Positions 1-12,144 are shown, counted from the first letter of the stretch. The stretch is DNA of 64,000 nucleotides from Basidiobolus meristosporus CBS 931.73 (GCA_002104905.1 MCFE01000415.1:15419-79418); one strand, 5' to 3'. Program-made: numbers and translations. Notes: a model not told the origin generated them from the letters alone.

Positions 1-725
1 TCCATTGTACTGTGCCAGGGCGCGCGGAGCAATCCGCAGTTGTTTAGAACAATCAGGCGTGATATTATAGCTACCAGAAGGCAGGATTGTTCTTGGACAA
101 TTTCGCACTATGCAGGACAATCTTGCACACTATGGCACAATGGGGTTGGCACGGATGATTGCGCCAACTTGTAATGTTTGCATCATGTGCGTGATCAGAT
201 ACCGCTATTATGGCAGGTAAAATCCGGTATTTGGATATGTTTCTTTAATGTAAATGGAAATAAATGTGTATCACACTATAAACTACACTGATACTTACCA
301 TTTTTGTTACCCTCACTCCAATTGGACAGTATCTCAGTGGTTAATTGGTCCAAAAGTATCCTGGAGCTGGCAGCCCCCAATTGGCTCATTAACTACTGAA
401 AAAGCTACCTGATTTGCCATCAAATATCTCATTTTGCCCATTGAGCAAGTAAATCCCTGATCCTAGTGATTGGACAAGGTGTCATAGCTAGCATGCAAGC
501 AATTGTGTAGGTGCAAAACAGATCCAATAGCTGCACTGGTATTACAGATGACGTATATATATGCAGGGTGTTTATTTAAAGGGGTTCTGTCTCAAATGTG
601 AGACAACCTTGATATTACTTATATCAAAAATTTGATGATCACTGATTTGCAATGGCTCGATTTGGATTGCAAAAAATAAGGGTTGTTGGGATCATTACAA
701 ATGTGAGCAATTCAAAGCAATTGCA

Positions 726-1973
726 TCATCTTCTCCTGGGTTTTTTTCTCACAGGGATTACTACTAAAGCATTTGGTAGTGACTCACTTTGCACACCTAT
801 ACTACTTCCTGGCTGACTATCATCTTGGCTACTTGTGTATTTGTAGTCAGTATTTTGCCTCCTAGTTGATGAGTGCAATGCTGCAGCTTGGCCGCGCTGA
901 ATTGCTCCAACTGAACCACCTGAACCAGCCTGTAGTGCCACATGCTGACGCGTTCTTTTACTTGCTAAGGGCTCCGGTGGTTGAGGCACTTCATGTTAGT
1001 CATCATCAGTCAGTTCACCAGAAGTAACTTGCTGATGGTCAGGCAAAACAGCATGCGCAGGCGTGCCTTGACACGTCGGGATGGCCCTTGGCTGAGTTCA
1101 ATGTGATGCTGCATGTTGACGCAACTTGGTCCGCTCCAATGGACTCATTTCTAAATGAGCAGTTTGGCGAGTTCTGGTAGTTTTGCTCTGAAGCGTGCAC
1201 GTTGACCCGACGCGCATTGACTCAATGCGGGGCGTTCTGGTAAAGGGTGTTGGCGTGGTCTGGACTGACATGCGCCGGCACGCTGTGGTTGCAAGAGATG
1301 GTAGGGAATCCAGCAAGGCATGCTGGCGCAATCTGGACAATGTTGCTTGCGGTCTGTATTCTTCCTCCTGAAGCTCACCATCTGATTCCTCAAGGTATTC
1401 ACTTACCCTCTGTTGGATACTTTGGAGCTGTTGCCTGGATGAGTCCTGTGTATTTTGCTCTTGGAAGCCACTTAGCTCTACTAATATATTGCGTAGTACA
1501 TCAGTCATTTGAGGCAAAAACTCATTCAAAATCTCTTTGGTTCCCAAAGTTGAGGCACAAACAGATGCATCCGGTCCGTACTGTGCAAATTGTGCGCAAA
1601 ATTGTTCCCGTGCGGCTTCTTTGTCAAATCCCCTCACTCTCAGCCCATTCTTGATTTCAATACTTGTCTTGTTTTATATCTTTTGACATACATTGGCTGG
1701 CATCTTGATGTAGAACTCATGCCACAGCTTTCTACTCAAATTCTTCCATCTTTGTTGACTCTCTGAGATATCTAGTTCTGTTAGATTAATCAGTAGTGCC
1801 CAAATATCTGTATGAAGGCTCATCATAGACACTTGGGCCATACTAAAATCATTTGGCAAGAACTCAAATGGATCCAACATTGACTTTTCCGGTCCGGACC
1901 GTGCTTGAGAGCTAGGGGATGGGTTTTGTCTGGGTTGTACTAAAGATGAGTTGAGACTTGGTATGGGGACCAT
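726..1973 (-). pseudogene. Accessory ORF2 (Myb/SANT-like) of Harbinger copy A, disrupted
   Basis: ORF fragments 1674-1973, 1098-1637 and 726-989 match the copy B ORF2 protein. Premature TAA at 1674 plus frameshifts. Confidence 0.8.
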
Positions 1974-2332
1974 AGCAACGGATTTGGATACTTATACAGC
2001 AGTATATTGGCATCAACCTGGTCTTATATGAAATATATATGAAAACTAATGTGATTGTTGAATTTTCCATAAATTATGCAGGATGCATCTTGGATTGCGT
2101 TGATACAGATCAGATCACATCAATTGCAGATTTCCTATTTGATTATAGACCTATGATTAAAGCATCAATAAAAGTACCAAGGCATTGTTTGCGGATGATT
2201 TTTGCAACATAATGATGGGATACATGGCAATTGATGGAGATTTAACCATAATGTATTAAAAATCAGATAAATAATGCAGATTGCACCAAATCAATTCAAA
2301 CCGCCTCCATACAATCATCCACCAATTTTAAT

Positions 2333-2854
2333 ATGAGTTACTTATTGGAATGGTCTTTTCTCATCAATTCAATCACTACCACTGTATTTCCTTTTGACGC
2401 ACTAGAGGAGATTTATTCCAAGTACTGTGGACCATCAACCCCAATCTACTCAAGGAGATCCCTTGTTAAGCTTCTCTGCTATTACAAGAACTATTGCCCT
2501 ACAAGGTTTCATTCCACCATCCATGGCAACAAATGTCCTAGAAGCTTTCATTTCCAGCTGACAGCAATGGAGAACCACCTTGCAGAGGGTATGAATGACT
2601 TAGAGCAAGCTTGGAATACTAGGTTCAGAAGCTTCAATAGACTTCCATATCCCAGAGTGTTCAGCAACAGGTTCCATATCAGGAGTATTTTGGATACCTT
2701 CCCAGTGAGGATTAACAGACCTTCTAGAGGGCAGAGGCACTTTTATTCTGGCAAGTACAAGGCACACTGTGTGAAGTTTCAAGCACTGTCTGACATTGAG
2801 GGTAACATCATCTGGTTTAGTGGGCCATTTGCTGGAAGTAGGCATGACAAAGCA
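2333..2854 (+). pseudogene. 5' part of DDE_Tnp_4-type transposase, copy A (truncated)
   Basis: LDTFPVRINRP...YSGKYKAHCVKFQALSD...GPFAGSRHDKA, then an abrupt switch to Gypsy-derived sequence. Confidence 0.85.
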
Positions 2855-4790
2855 ATCTTGTGGCCCATGAACAACAATTTTGTATACAGGAAATGGCACT
2901 TCTTTGGATGTAGTTTGAGTTGGTTCTTGAGGAGGGCTGTCAGGATATGTTGCACATCATGTATATGTTCTTCTTCATTGAGGGAATATATTGTGATGTT
3001 GTCCAGATACACAAGGGCACATTCCCATTGTAAATATCCTAGCACCTTGTCAATCATCCTTTGGAACATAGTGGGGGCATTGCACAAGCCAAAGGGTAGT
3101 TGGTTCCATTTGTATAATCCAAACAATGTTATAAAAGCGGTTTTGGGTTGATCTTCAAGGGCTACTTCTACTTGCCAATACCCGGAGATTAAGTCAAGAG
3201 AGCTAAAATATTTAGCTCCAATTAATCTGTCCAAGAGGTTGTCTATTTGCGGTAGCGGATACATGTCCTTCTGGGTGACAGCATTCAATTTTTGGTAGTC
3301 AATCCAAAAGCGTTGCTTTCCTTCTTTCTTTGGGACTATCACTACGGGGAGGCCCACAGAGACTGGCTCTCTGTAATGATGTTGTCTTTTAATAAAGTTT
3401 CAATTGTCTCTTTGATATAGTCCGTGTTAATTTTTGAGTTCCTTTAGGCTTTTTGCTTGATGGGGTATTTGTTGGCAAGGTGAATTTGGTGATGTACCCC
3501 AGGTATATGACCAATTACTTGGTTCTTAGAGAATACTTGGGCAAGCAGGCATATTCCTTCTAGGAACTTGTCTTGTAATGCAGGCAGTAGACCAGGGTCC
3601 ACATCTAAAAGTATTAGAGTTCTTTGTTTGCTTCAACACTTCTTCCCAAGGCTCATTCTGTACCTCTTCACCTAATTCCATGTTCTTTCCTTTTGACAGA
3701 GCCTCTAGTACAGGTTTCTTTGCCTCCTCTCTAAAAGCATCATGTTGACGCTTCTTCTTCCGCACTTTGACTGTTCTGACCAGAGGGCTTAAATTGACTG
3801 AGTCCTGTTGGCCTCCTGGCAAGGGACTCTGTCTTTTGATGCCTTCTTCTCTTTTGTGTCTGGTATGGGTTCTTGTCTGTACCATTTTTCACATTTGTGG
3901 GCTTGGTGGCCTACTTCTCCATATACATAACACAGGTACTGTTGTTGCAGTCATTCCATCTGTTTGGTCAGGGCTTGTACCTGGGCCTTTAAGTCTACAA
4001 CAGCTTCCCAGAGTTTATCACCTTCTTTGGGGATTTATTGGACATTGTTGATCAAGAGTTCTTGGACCTTTTGCTGTAATTCCTCTAACTCACAATCTTT
4101 TGGGGAGGCAATTTTTCCTTTCTTACAGGGGATTCCTGTCCTTCAATCATTTGTATCACTATAGGGTAGCTCCATAGCAAGATGACCCCTTTTACTTGTT
4201 TGACCAACTCTTGCAACATTTTACATCCCTGTTATTCTTTGGATGCTCTACATCATATTTTGTTGTCTAAGCCCATGATGTAATACCTCATGAGCTGTCA
4301 TTTGGCAATTTTGTCCTTTGGGAGACATCAAACTTGTTGGAGAAACAGTTCAGTGTAGGCTTCATAGCTCTCACTGCTTTGCTTTTGTGAGGACAGTAGT
4401 AGGGCTTTGTAGTGGTATCCTTTGGCATATAGAAAGCGTGTCTTGTAGGCTTCTTCTAGTGCATCCCAGTTGTCTTTAACTGCATCTTCCAACCCATAAT
4501 GCCATTGCCATGCTGACCCTTCCATATGTCTTGCAAACTCCCTTACTTTCTTATCATTGTCCCATCCTGCATCAACTGCAACTCTCAAACTTATTAAACC
4601 ACTCAAGGGCTTTCTTTCTCTTTCCCTTGTATGTTTTTAGTTTGATTGTAGTAGTCATTACCTCACTTGTGCTTATTTCTGCAGAGACAGCACCAAATAT
4701 GTGGGTTATTTCTAACTGTACTTGGTGAGTGGGAGAGCTTGTAGGTCAAGTCAGTACCACTTGGTTCAGAATAGCTTCCAATAGAAAGGA
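2855..4790 (-). mobile_element. Ty3/Gypsy LTR retrotransposon remnant (gag, degenerate zinc knuckle, RT)
   Basis: RT motifs PVVIVPKK-G--RFWIDYQKLN, YPLPQID, LPFGLCNAP, YLDN (decayed YLDD) at 2855-3357. Retrotrans_gag-like GWDNDKK...GSAWQW...WDALEEAYKTRF at 4328-4606. Confidence 0.88.
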
Positions 4791-5239
4791 GCAAGGTAGT
4801 AAAGACTTGTGTTTATTCCATCCAAATCCTCTTCTCCTCTCACTTGGTTCAATTGGGTAGATATATATATCACTTGGGGGGGCTTAGATAATAGACAATG
4901 TGTTATAAAATAGGGGTGTGAACACCTTCCTGCTATGGTAAGTGCTCTAACTAGTTAAGGGCAGGGATAGGAGGGAGGGCACATGGGGGAATCATAGGGA
5001 GGATACTGGGGGACTTTGGGTAGGACTCTGGAGAGAACTCTTGGGCAAAGAGTGGGTACTGCATTTAGTACTCACATATGGCAACTTTGCAAGTATCACA
5101 CTAAAAAGCTGTAAAGCTGATGTGACAGAAGTATGTCAATTGCAGCAGGTGTGTGCATTTGTAGAGGTTAGTAAGCAGGAGGCCACAGTATTTTTTGATT
5201 CAAACTATATGTGGAATACCCAAGGTAGTAGTGGGTAAG

Positions 5240-6950
5240 CAAATAAAGAAAGGTGATTCTACAGCGGAATATATGAATTGCACAAGGGGATGTAGAAAAA
5301 GGAAATACCATTTGGTAAATTGGTAATGTAGCATTATACAGAACCAGTGGTTGGCCATCATACTGCCAATATAATGCCATCAGAGTCTTACTGTGAGGCC
5401 ATCAAAATACCGTCAGGTTTCTTGCCATATAAGGCAATTGGATGTCCTGGCTGACTGGATCCACTTAAAATAGTTATAGAGCACTGAAAGACCGCAACAA
5501 TACCATGCAAATATTGTTACAGCACCAATAAATTATTGACAAGTTTTATTGCTCTATTTGGCTGTAAAATTAGCAAAACACCGTCATAATCTTGTCATAA
5601 GATTGTTAGGAGGGTCACTAATTCTAAGCTGCTGTTATTATGATGGTCTCTAAACAGGATCTTAACGGCTGATTTGGATTGGATCCACCTGTGGGACCAA
5701 ATTATCTTTCATAGGGTCTCTCTTTTTCAAGCACTGGACTGATATGTGTCCTTTCCCTTTGCAGTAGTTACAATACAGGTTGCTATTGCCTTTGAAAGGT
5801 CTTGGGTATCTCCTTTGCTGGTTATCATTGCTTATTAAAGCTTTTTCTTCTTCCTTGTTATTGGTGCTTGATTTTCTTATTCTTCATCCAGGAGCCTTCC
5901 ATATACATTCACGTTTTTAGGAGGGCATTCTCTTCCCATGATGATATCCCAAGGGCCTCTTTCTTATAGAAGCATCTTCATCTTCACCTTCCACACTTGG
6001 TAGTTAGATCCATCCAACTTTTCAGCAGAGGGAAAAATTCTAGTAATAGCAGTAGTGGACATTGCAGAGAGTGACAGCTTGGGGCTTGTGACCTGTTGTA
6101 AGAGTCTTGGAGATATTGGAAGTGATTGGGACAACATGTGGATTATGTGGCTTTCACTTAATGTTTTCTTAAATGTAAAAGTAGTATTTATACTTTTACG
6201 TGGTTTTGGCAAATGCAGTTAAGGGCACTTTGTTCTTTGTTTTGGTACTTTAAGACTTCCTGGATATATTTTCTTAGCAGCTGTACATAACTGGTATGTG
6301 TCTTCTAATACCTTCCAGGCATTCTTTGCAGCTTTTGCTCTTGAGCATTGAATTAGCAATTTGTCTTTGACACTAAGGTATATGCAGCTAAAGGCACTTT
6401 GTTCTTTCTTCTGGTACTTTAAGACTTCCTGTCCCAAGCTTTTAGGAGGGCAATTTTCTCCCTTAACAATATCCTAAAGGCCTCTTTCCTGTAGCAGCAT
6501 CTTTGTCTTCACCTTCCACACTTGGTAGTTAGATCCATCCAACTTTTCAGCAGAGGGAAAAATTCCAGTAATAGCAGTAGTAGACATTGCAGAGAGTGAC
6601 AGCTTGGGGCTTGTGACCTGTTGTAAGAGTCTTGGAGATATTGGAAGTGATTGGGAGAACAAGTAGATTATGTGGCTTTCACTTAATGTTTTCTTGAATG
6701 TAAAAGTAGTATTTAAACTTTTACATGGTCTTGGCAAAACAAACATGTAAAAAAGGTTTGGGAAGGTCCCAAGAACATGTGTGCAAGGTTTGGGGCTGTT
6801 TGGACAACTTATCTAATTTTCATGTTCTGGGTAAATATTCCAAGTAAATCCCAACAAGGAATTCCGTCAGTATTCTCTAGGATTTGAAGGTAATGATCTA
6901 AGTGACCAAGTTAGGTGAGTATTTAGGTGGAATTCCGAATTTTTACAACA
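5240..6950 (-). mobile_element. Ty1/Copia retrotransposon 5' half (5' LTR, PBS, gag), internally duplicated and degenerate
   Basis: KLDGSNYQVWKVK(M/T)KMLL Copia gag N-terminus occurs twice. CNYCKGKGHISVQC knuckle at ~5740-5790. LTR end followed by GGTCACAAGCCC PBS-like motif. Confidence 0.85.
6619..6950 (-). repeat. Copia 5' LTR (332 bp)
   Basis: Bounded by TGTTGTAA...TTACAACA inverted ends; homologous to 47803-48151; directly followed (minus strand) by PBS and gag. Confidence 0.85.
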
Positions 6951-7992
6951 GTAAGTATTTAGTTTACATTACACTGTCCATATAGCATAAGACTCTACTC
7001 GGATTATTGCTAAGTTACGAGTTACCTGAGATTTAGCTTGCAATATATTAGATAATTCTTGAAGGAATGGAAGTTACCAGTATTTTCAAACTTTTCCAAA
7101 GCCCCCGAACACTACACAAACCTTCCTGGAATCTTACTTGAAGCATTCTCATCACTAGTCTTACAAATTTGAAAATCCTATTGATATCAAGCATTTGGGT
7201 AGTCATCACCCGGAATTATACTAGAGCACCTGTACTCTAGGCTACTCCGGAGTATGATGCCAAAGATGTTACCTTTGGATCAAGATAACAACGAAACCAT
7301 TTGCTCACTACATAAAGTCTAGAACTCACCACAGGCAGCAGCAATCAGTGAGCCCGATGCCCAACCCATCCAACCTACAATAGCCAAATCGAAATCCGTG
7401 GAGGCATCAAGGAATCCAATCCCAGATATGCACTGGGACCTGGGCTTGGGCCCACCAATAGAGCTGGGGATCAAATGGAACGCTACCTGCGTAGAACCAA
7501 CCAGAAAAGTCGGGAACGCTCCCCCAATCGTGGCGCTGGCGGGTCCAAATACGCGCTCTTTTTCCTGGAGAGGGTCCAGTGGAACCAATGCGTCCAGGTT
7601 ACTTGTCGAATTCCATTTATGGAGCGATGACCAAGTGGCGCTCACCTCCCGTTTCATTTGTCACACGACCTCAGCATTAAGCGAGGATACTCCGGGGAAG
7701 TCGGACCAAAGAGTTCTTTCAAAGCCACACATCCTCGCCGCTTCCATGATATGTTCGATGCGTTGGAATCCAAAAAATGGTGTTGCCGATGGTCGTACCC
7801 CGGCGAGCTGGTGGCACAAGTCAGATTGAATGTTTGGTGGGGATTACCATTGTTGGCCTCCGGTACCACGCTCAACTAGTGTGTGAGAAAATGCAAACAT
7901 GGGTCAACGCATATGGACAACACCGACTGGTGGAGGGAAATGTTTATTCTATATAAAATATAGAGGATGATTTATATTACAGGCGTCTAGGC

Positions 7993-8901
7993 TTACATAA
8001 GCTCAACAATCTTCTTGACGAGGTTTTGCATGTCGTTGGATCTCATGTTACCAACGGCCAAGACCTCTTCGTGGTTGGGAGTTTCGACGTTGTCCTCAGG
8101 GGGAAGGGAGAACTCGGGAGACTCCTCGTCGGCGGTTCTTTCTCTACGGGTGACGACAAAGTTGGTGACGAGGGAGAAACCGAGGACCTTCATGCCGCAA
8201 TGTCTGGCGACGACGACCTCGGGGACAGTGCTCATACCGATCACATCACCACCAAGGGCTCTCATCATACGAGCCTCGGCGGGGGATTCGTAGCTGGGGC
8301 CGGAGACGAAGCAGTAAACACCCTCTCTGATGTATTGGCGGATGTCCAATTCACGAGCGGCTCTGATGGCAAGGGAACGGAGCTCACGGGGATAAGCGTC
8401 GTTGACGGGAGGGAAACGGGGACCGAAGCTGGAAAGGTTGGCACCGATCAGTGGGTTGTTGCCAGCCATACCGGGGATGTTGATGTGGTCCTCGATGATC
8501 ATGATGTCACCAACCTTGCACTTCTCGTGGTTCAAGGAGCCGGCGGCGTTGGTAACGAAGAGAGTCTCGACACCCATGAGGCTCATGACACGGACGGGCA
8601 ACACGGTGAGCTTGAGGAGGTGACCCTCGTAGAAGTGGAAACGGCCAACCATGCACACGGTAGGCTTTCCGGAAATCAAACCGAAGACAAGCTTGCCAGC
8701 GTGGCCAGCGACGGTGCTGACTGGGAAACCGGGGATTTCTTCGTACTTGAACTCGACGGTGTTCTCCAAACTTCCGGCCAGACCACCCAAGCCGGATCCG
8801 CAGATCACACCTACCTTGGGGTAGAGCTCGGCAGGAACGTTGGCCTTTAGGAAATCGGCAGCAAGGTAAATGTCATTATCGGTGTAGGTGTGGGCAGCCA
8901 T
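7993..8901 (-). CDS. PNP1: Purine nucleoside phosphorylase (intronless)
   Basis: GVICGSGLGG, GHAG, GRFHFYEG, TNAAG, DHIN, GPSYES, GMSTVPE, SLVTN motifs; ATG at 8901 (MAAHTY). Confidence 0.96.
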   Translation of the reverse strand: MAAHTYTDNDIYLAADFLKANVPAELYPKVGVICGSGLGGLAGSLENTVEFKYEEIPGFPVSTVAGHAGKLVFGLISGKPTVCMVGRFHFYEGHLLKLTVLPVRVMSLMGVETLFVTNAAGSLNHEKCKVGDIMIIEDHINIPGMAGNNPLIGANLSSFGPRFPPVNDAYPRELRSLAIRAARELDIRQYIREGVYCFVSGPSYESPAEARMMRALGGDVIGMSTVPEVVVARHCGMKVLGFSLVTNFVVTRRERTADEESPEFSLPPEDNVETPNHEEVLAVGNMRSNDMQNLVKKIVELM

Positions 8902-9608
8902 GTTGTTCAGGGTTGATCGGGTGTGTTCTGGGAATCGCATCGTCACCAGCGGCCCTTATAAAGCCTTTGGGCCACCAGGTGTCCCGAGCCCTGATTTGAC
9001 GAAATCCCATCAATGGTGTGGCTTCACCATGTCAAAAATTATCGGCCACCCGCCAATCCATGGGCAGCGTTCTCTCCTGGGCAAGACAAAACATCGAATA
9101 AGGAAAAATCGCTTGGACAAGAATCCTGGATGAGACCGAAATTTCACTAACGACATATTGTGTTCGATTAATCTAACGCAACCTGGTACTCATTACGTGT
9201 TGGTGAGAGTTCCCAAATAAGGGAGTATTATGAGTTCTCAAATGATGCTGTGGCTCAGGCGAGCGAGCTTGTTACAAGCACATCTAGACAAGGATTTATG
9301 GAAACCGTAGGACGAAACCCATTGGCTGTGGTCCGAAGCGGATCTGTAGGTCGATATGTGCTTAATTAATCGAACTTTCTCCACTGCCACCGATCCATGC
9401 CACGGACCTGACCAAAAAGGCATCATTCAGGAAGACGATGGGTGGGATGCCAGATAGGCCATATATGTTGGTGATTTGGTTTTCTAGGATTTGCTGAATG
9501 GGCGCCGATTTTGTTTCGTAGAATATTGCAAAACGTGGTCGGTGTATTTGCTGAATGGGCGCTGATTTTATTTCACTGAATATTGCAAAACGTGGTCAAT
9601 GTGAATGC

Positions 9609-10846
9609 TCAGCGGTCGGCAGAGTACGGCGGTGCTGGTTCGTAGAGGGGCAGGGTGTCGACAGTTCTCCACCGCAGGCCGCCGCTGTTGTAGGTGCCTA
9701 TGACGATGGGAAAGGTCATCTTGATCTTCTCCGAAGACTCCTCCTCGGACAGCTTGATCTGGATCTTCAGTTTGGACGAGATGGTCAGCAGGTCGGTCTT
9801 GGTGTTTGGCTTCACCAGGGATTGCAAGGGGAACAGCAAAGGAAGGTCCAAACGCAGGGTGTCCGGATCAAGGATCAAGAAAGAGCTGGCGGTGGCAGTG
9901 ACGCGATTCTCGGTCATGATGTACCTGGTGGGGTGATTAGCACGCGAGCCGGGTTGATCCATGCGAGGAGAATTACCCTTTCGCCTCTCTGCAGATCTTC
10001 TGAAGGACGTAGAAGTAAACGGTGAGCGGGCCCTTCGGACGGGTATAATGGTTGATGTGCAACTCGATCGGCACCACATCGTCTGTCAATATTTTCAGTA
10101 CAATTCTGCTGAGCATCTACCCATAGCATCTCCTACCAGGACAGAAGCCTCGTCTAGGAACCCGGATCATTGCTTCGATCACACCCGACGGGTTGTGCAG
10201 CTGCTTGTACTTCTCCATGGGCAGGTGGAGTTCAGGCACGTCCACGTCGATGCGCTCCCAGATCTTGACAGGGTGACTGGCCTTCAGCCTCTTGAGCCAG
10301 CCCTTTTTTAAAATCACATGCAGTTGGTACTGGATCTGGGCCTTCGAATCCCCCTGTTACTGCAGGTTAGCTTGGATTTTAGCATGGGTTTCCCAATACT
10401 GCACGACTCGAGTGAATTTACCTCATAAGTGCTAGGTAATGTCATTAGTGGCAGTTGCATCTCAAATGGAAATCGGTGTTCACCTGCTGCCAAAATGGTG
10501 GATCGCAGTAGCATCGCTTTCTTTTTGATCAATGTTTGGGTGCCTAGTAGCTCCCTTGAGACCGATGGTTAGGCTGGTTGTCGGGATTGCAGTGAGCGGC
10601 TGGCCAACTTACGTGGAGAGCTCCTCGCTTTTGCATGCGGTTCGCACAATCCCCTCTAGCTCGAGGACTATGGAGCGTTTGATCGAGGATTTCTCTGTCA
10701 GGATGTTGACTACGCCTGATTTGGGTAAGTACAAGAGGAGGGAACAGGTAGGAAACCGTCTCGTTACCAAGCACCACATCTCCAGGGTAATATTTTCTAT
10801 CTGGCTCCAGCAAGGAGATGGCCAGTTCAGTGCCATCTATGGTCAT
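9609..10846 (-). CDS. Alpha-arrestin domain protein (multi-exon; boundaries approximate)
   Basis: Y-PGD-V-G start, GEHRFPFEMQLP--LPSTYE arrestin-N motif, FPIVIGT arrestin-C end, C-terminal PPY motif; GT-AG introns. Confidence 0.8.
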
Positions 10847-10990
10847 TCTATCTGGGAAATACCTGAGTTCAAAGCGACCCCTTGTCCTTATATAGCATGC
10901 CACGGGCTATTTCTGCACTTTGGAACATGGCCACGAGGCGCTTGATCATCCCTTACTTGGTGCATTAAGCTCCACCAAATTAACCATGCA

Positions 10991-11993
10991 TCAGGTAGGG
11001 GAAATCAAGTTCATGATTGTGTCGGCTGCATTTTCCATGGCTCGTTTGATTGATTTTATCAGGCTTATTCGTGGGTTTATTGGCGATACTAAGGTTTGCT
11101 TGTTGATACATATTGTGTGGTGACAGCGTCTGACGCTCACAAACTCGAGCTCCGTGCGTGGTGACTTAGCATCTGACGCTAACAAACTCGGTACTACCGC
11201 GGTCAAATGTCGATTATGGCCACAGCCAGTATCTAGGCCAATGGCATACGGTAATTTTACAAGTACCATAGAGCACAGTCTTGGGGGCATTCGAAGTAGA
11301 TTGCATCGTGTTCCAAATAGTTGCCCATGGTGTACCTTCCTGGCTACTCTTGGCAGGGTGGCGATTAGGCAAAAGTCGTCGGATATTCATCACGTCGAAT
11401 GGATTCTGTTGATCTATGGGCATATATGGGTTCAAATCTGCATGAACCGCATATACTGAAAACTCCGGTACGTGGATAACGAGCGGGCAGCTTAGTAAAT
11501 ATTCATACAACTCTATCGATAAAATGCTGGGAGTAGGTTGAGCAAAGGTAGGCTGGGGTGAGAAAATCCCGCAAAAGGGCTACCTTGAAAGGCGTCTATG
11601 TTCGTTGCCACCGTGGTCGATATTGCATTTCCCTTTGCGGCGGTTTCTCCATCGAAGGACCAAATCTTCGTGATTTCCGCGAACGCACAGAGCGTTTATT
11701 TCTTTGGCTCTGGCGAGTGTCCCGACGGAGTCCGGTCCTTTTGTAACCATATCACCCAGCAATACCACTTAGTCCTCTGGCTTGAGCTTCAGCTGGCTGA
11801 GAAGCTTGTTGAACGAGGTCAAGTGCCCACGAATGTCGCCAATAAAGATGAGTCGTCCCGTAGCATTATGGTGATACTCGAACACCTCAAGTCTTCGTTC
11901 AGGTGATAGATATATGGCACTCAATAGAATAGTCAGGAAGACGGCCAGACCTATCAGCAATAGACGGCGTAGACTTGTTGAAAATTTTGACAT
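10991..11993 (-). pseudogene. Metallophosphoesterase (Ppn2/ApaH-like, N-terminal TM anchor), apparently inactivated
   Basis: GDIRG (for GDxHG), GDMVTKGPDS, RGNHE, VHAD (for HAG), AIGLDTGC. In-frame TAA at 11769-11771 and an apparent deletion/frameshift near 11255. Confidence 0.75.
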
Positions 11994-12144
11994 GTTTCTT
12001 GAAAATTGGCCCTAATGGAAATTCCAGGTCATACTCCATGGGAGAAATTCCATCGTAGCCGACTTGTTGGAAAATATTGATCAACCATCAAATTTCTCGA
12101 TACTGCGCTTTCGATGTCGGCTCAGGCTTGGTTCGCAACAGCAC

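Larger units (their letters stand above)
1..2854. mobile_element. PIF/Harbinger (PHIS)-type DNA transposon, copy A. Left TIR lies ~8 bp outside the window; truncated on the right inside the transposase.
   Basis: Colinear with 52155-55041 (copy B). It differs mainly by CG->TG/CA changes and has stops/frameshifts in ORF2. Confidence 0.9.

Noticed and set aside
2333-3151. 272-aa ORF as an intact transposase
   Set aside because: After residue ~174 it reads antisense Gypsy sequence; the second D and the E of the triad are missing.
4895-4908. 14-bp match ACAATGTGTTATAA to the Copia LTR edge at 47797
   Set aside because: No similarity continues beyond it; AT-rich, likely chance.
8015-8850. Long plus-strand ORFs (274 aa, 92 aa) over PNP1
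   Set aside because: Antisense shadows of a codon-biased gene. The same applies to the shadow ORFs over the permease, chitin deacetylase, SDH2, UTP18 and LINE.
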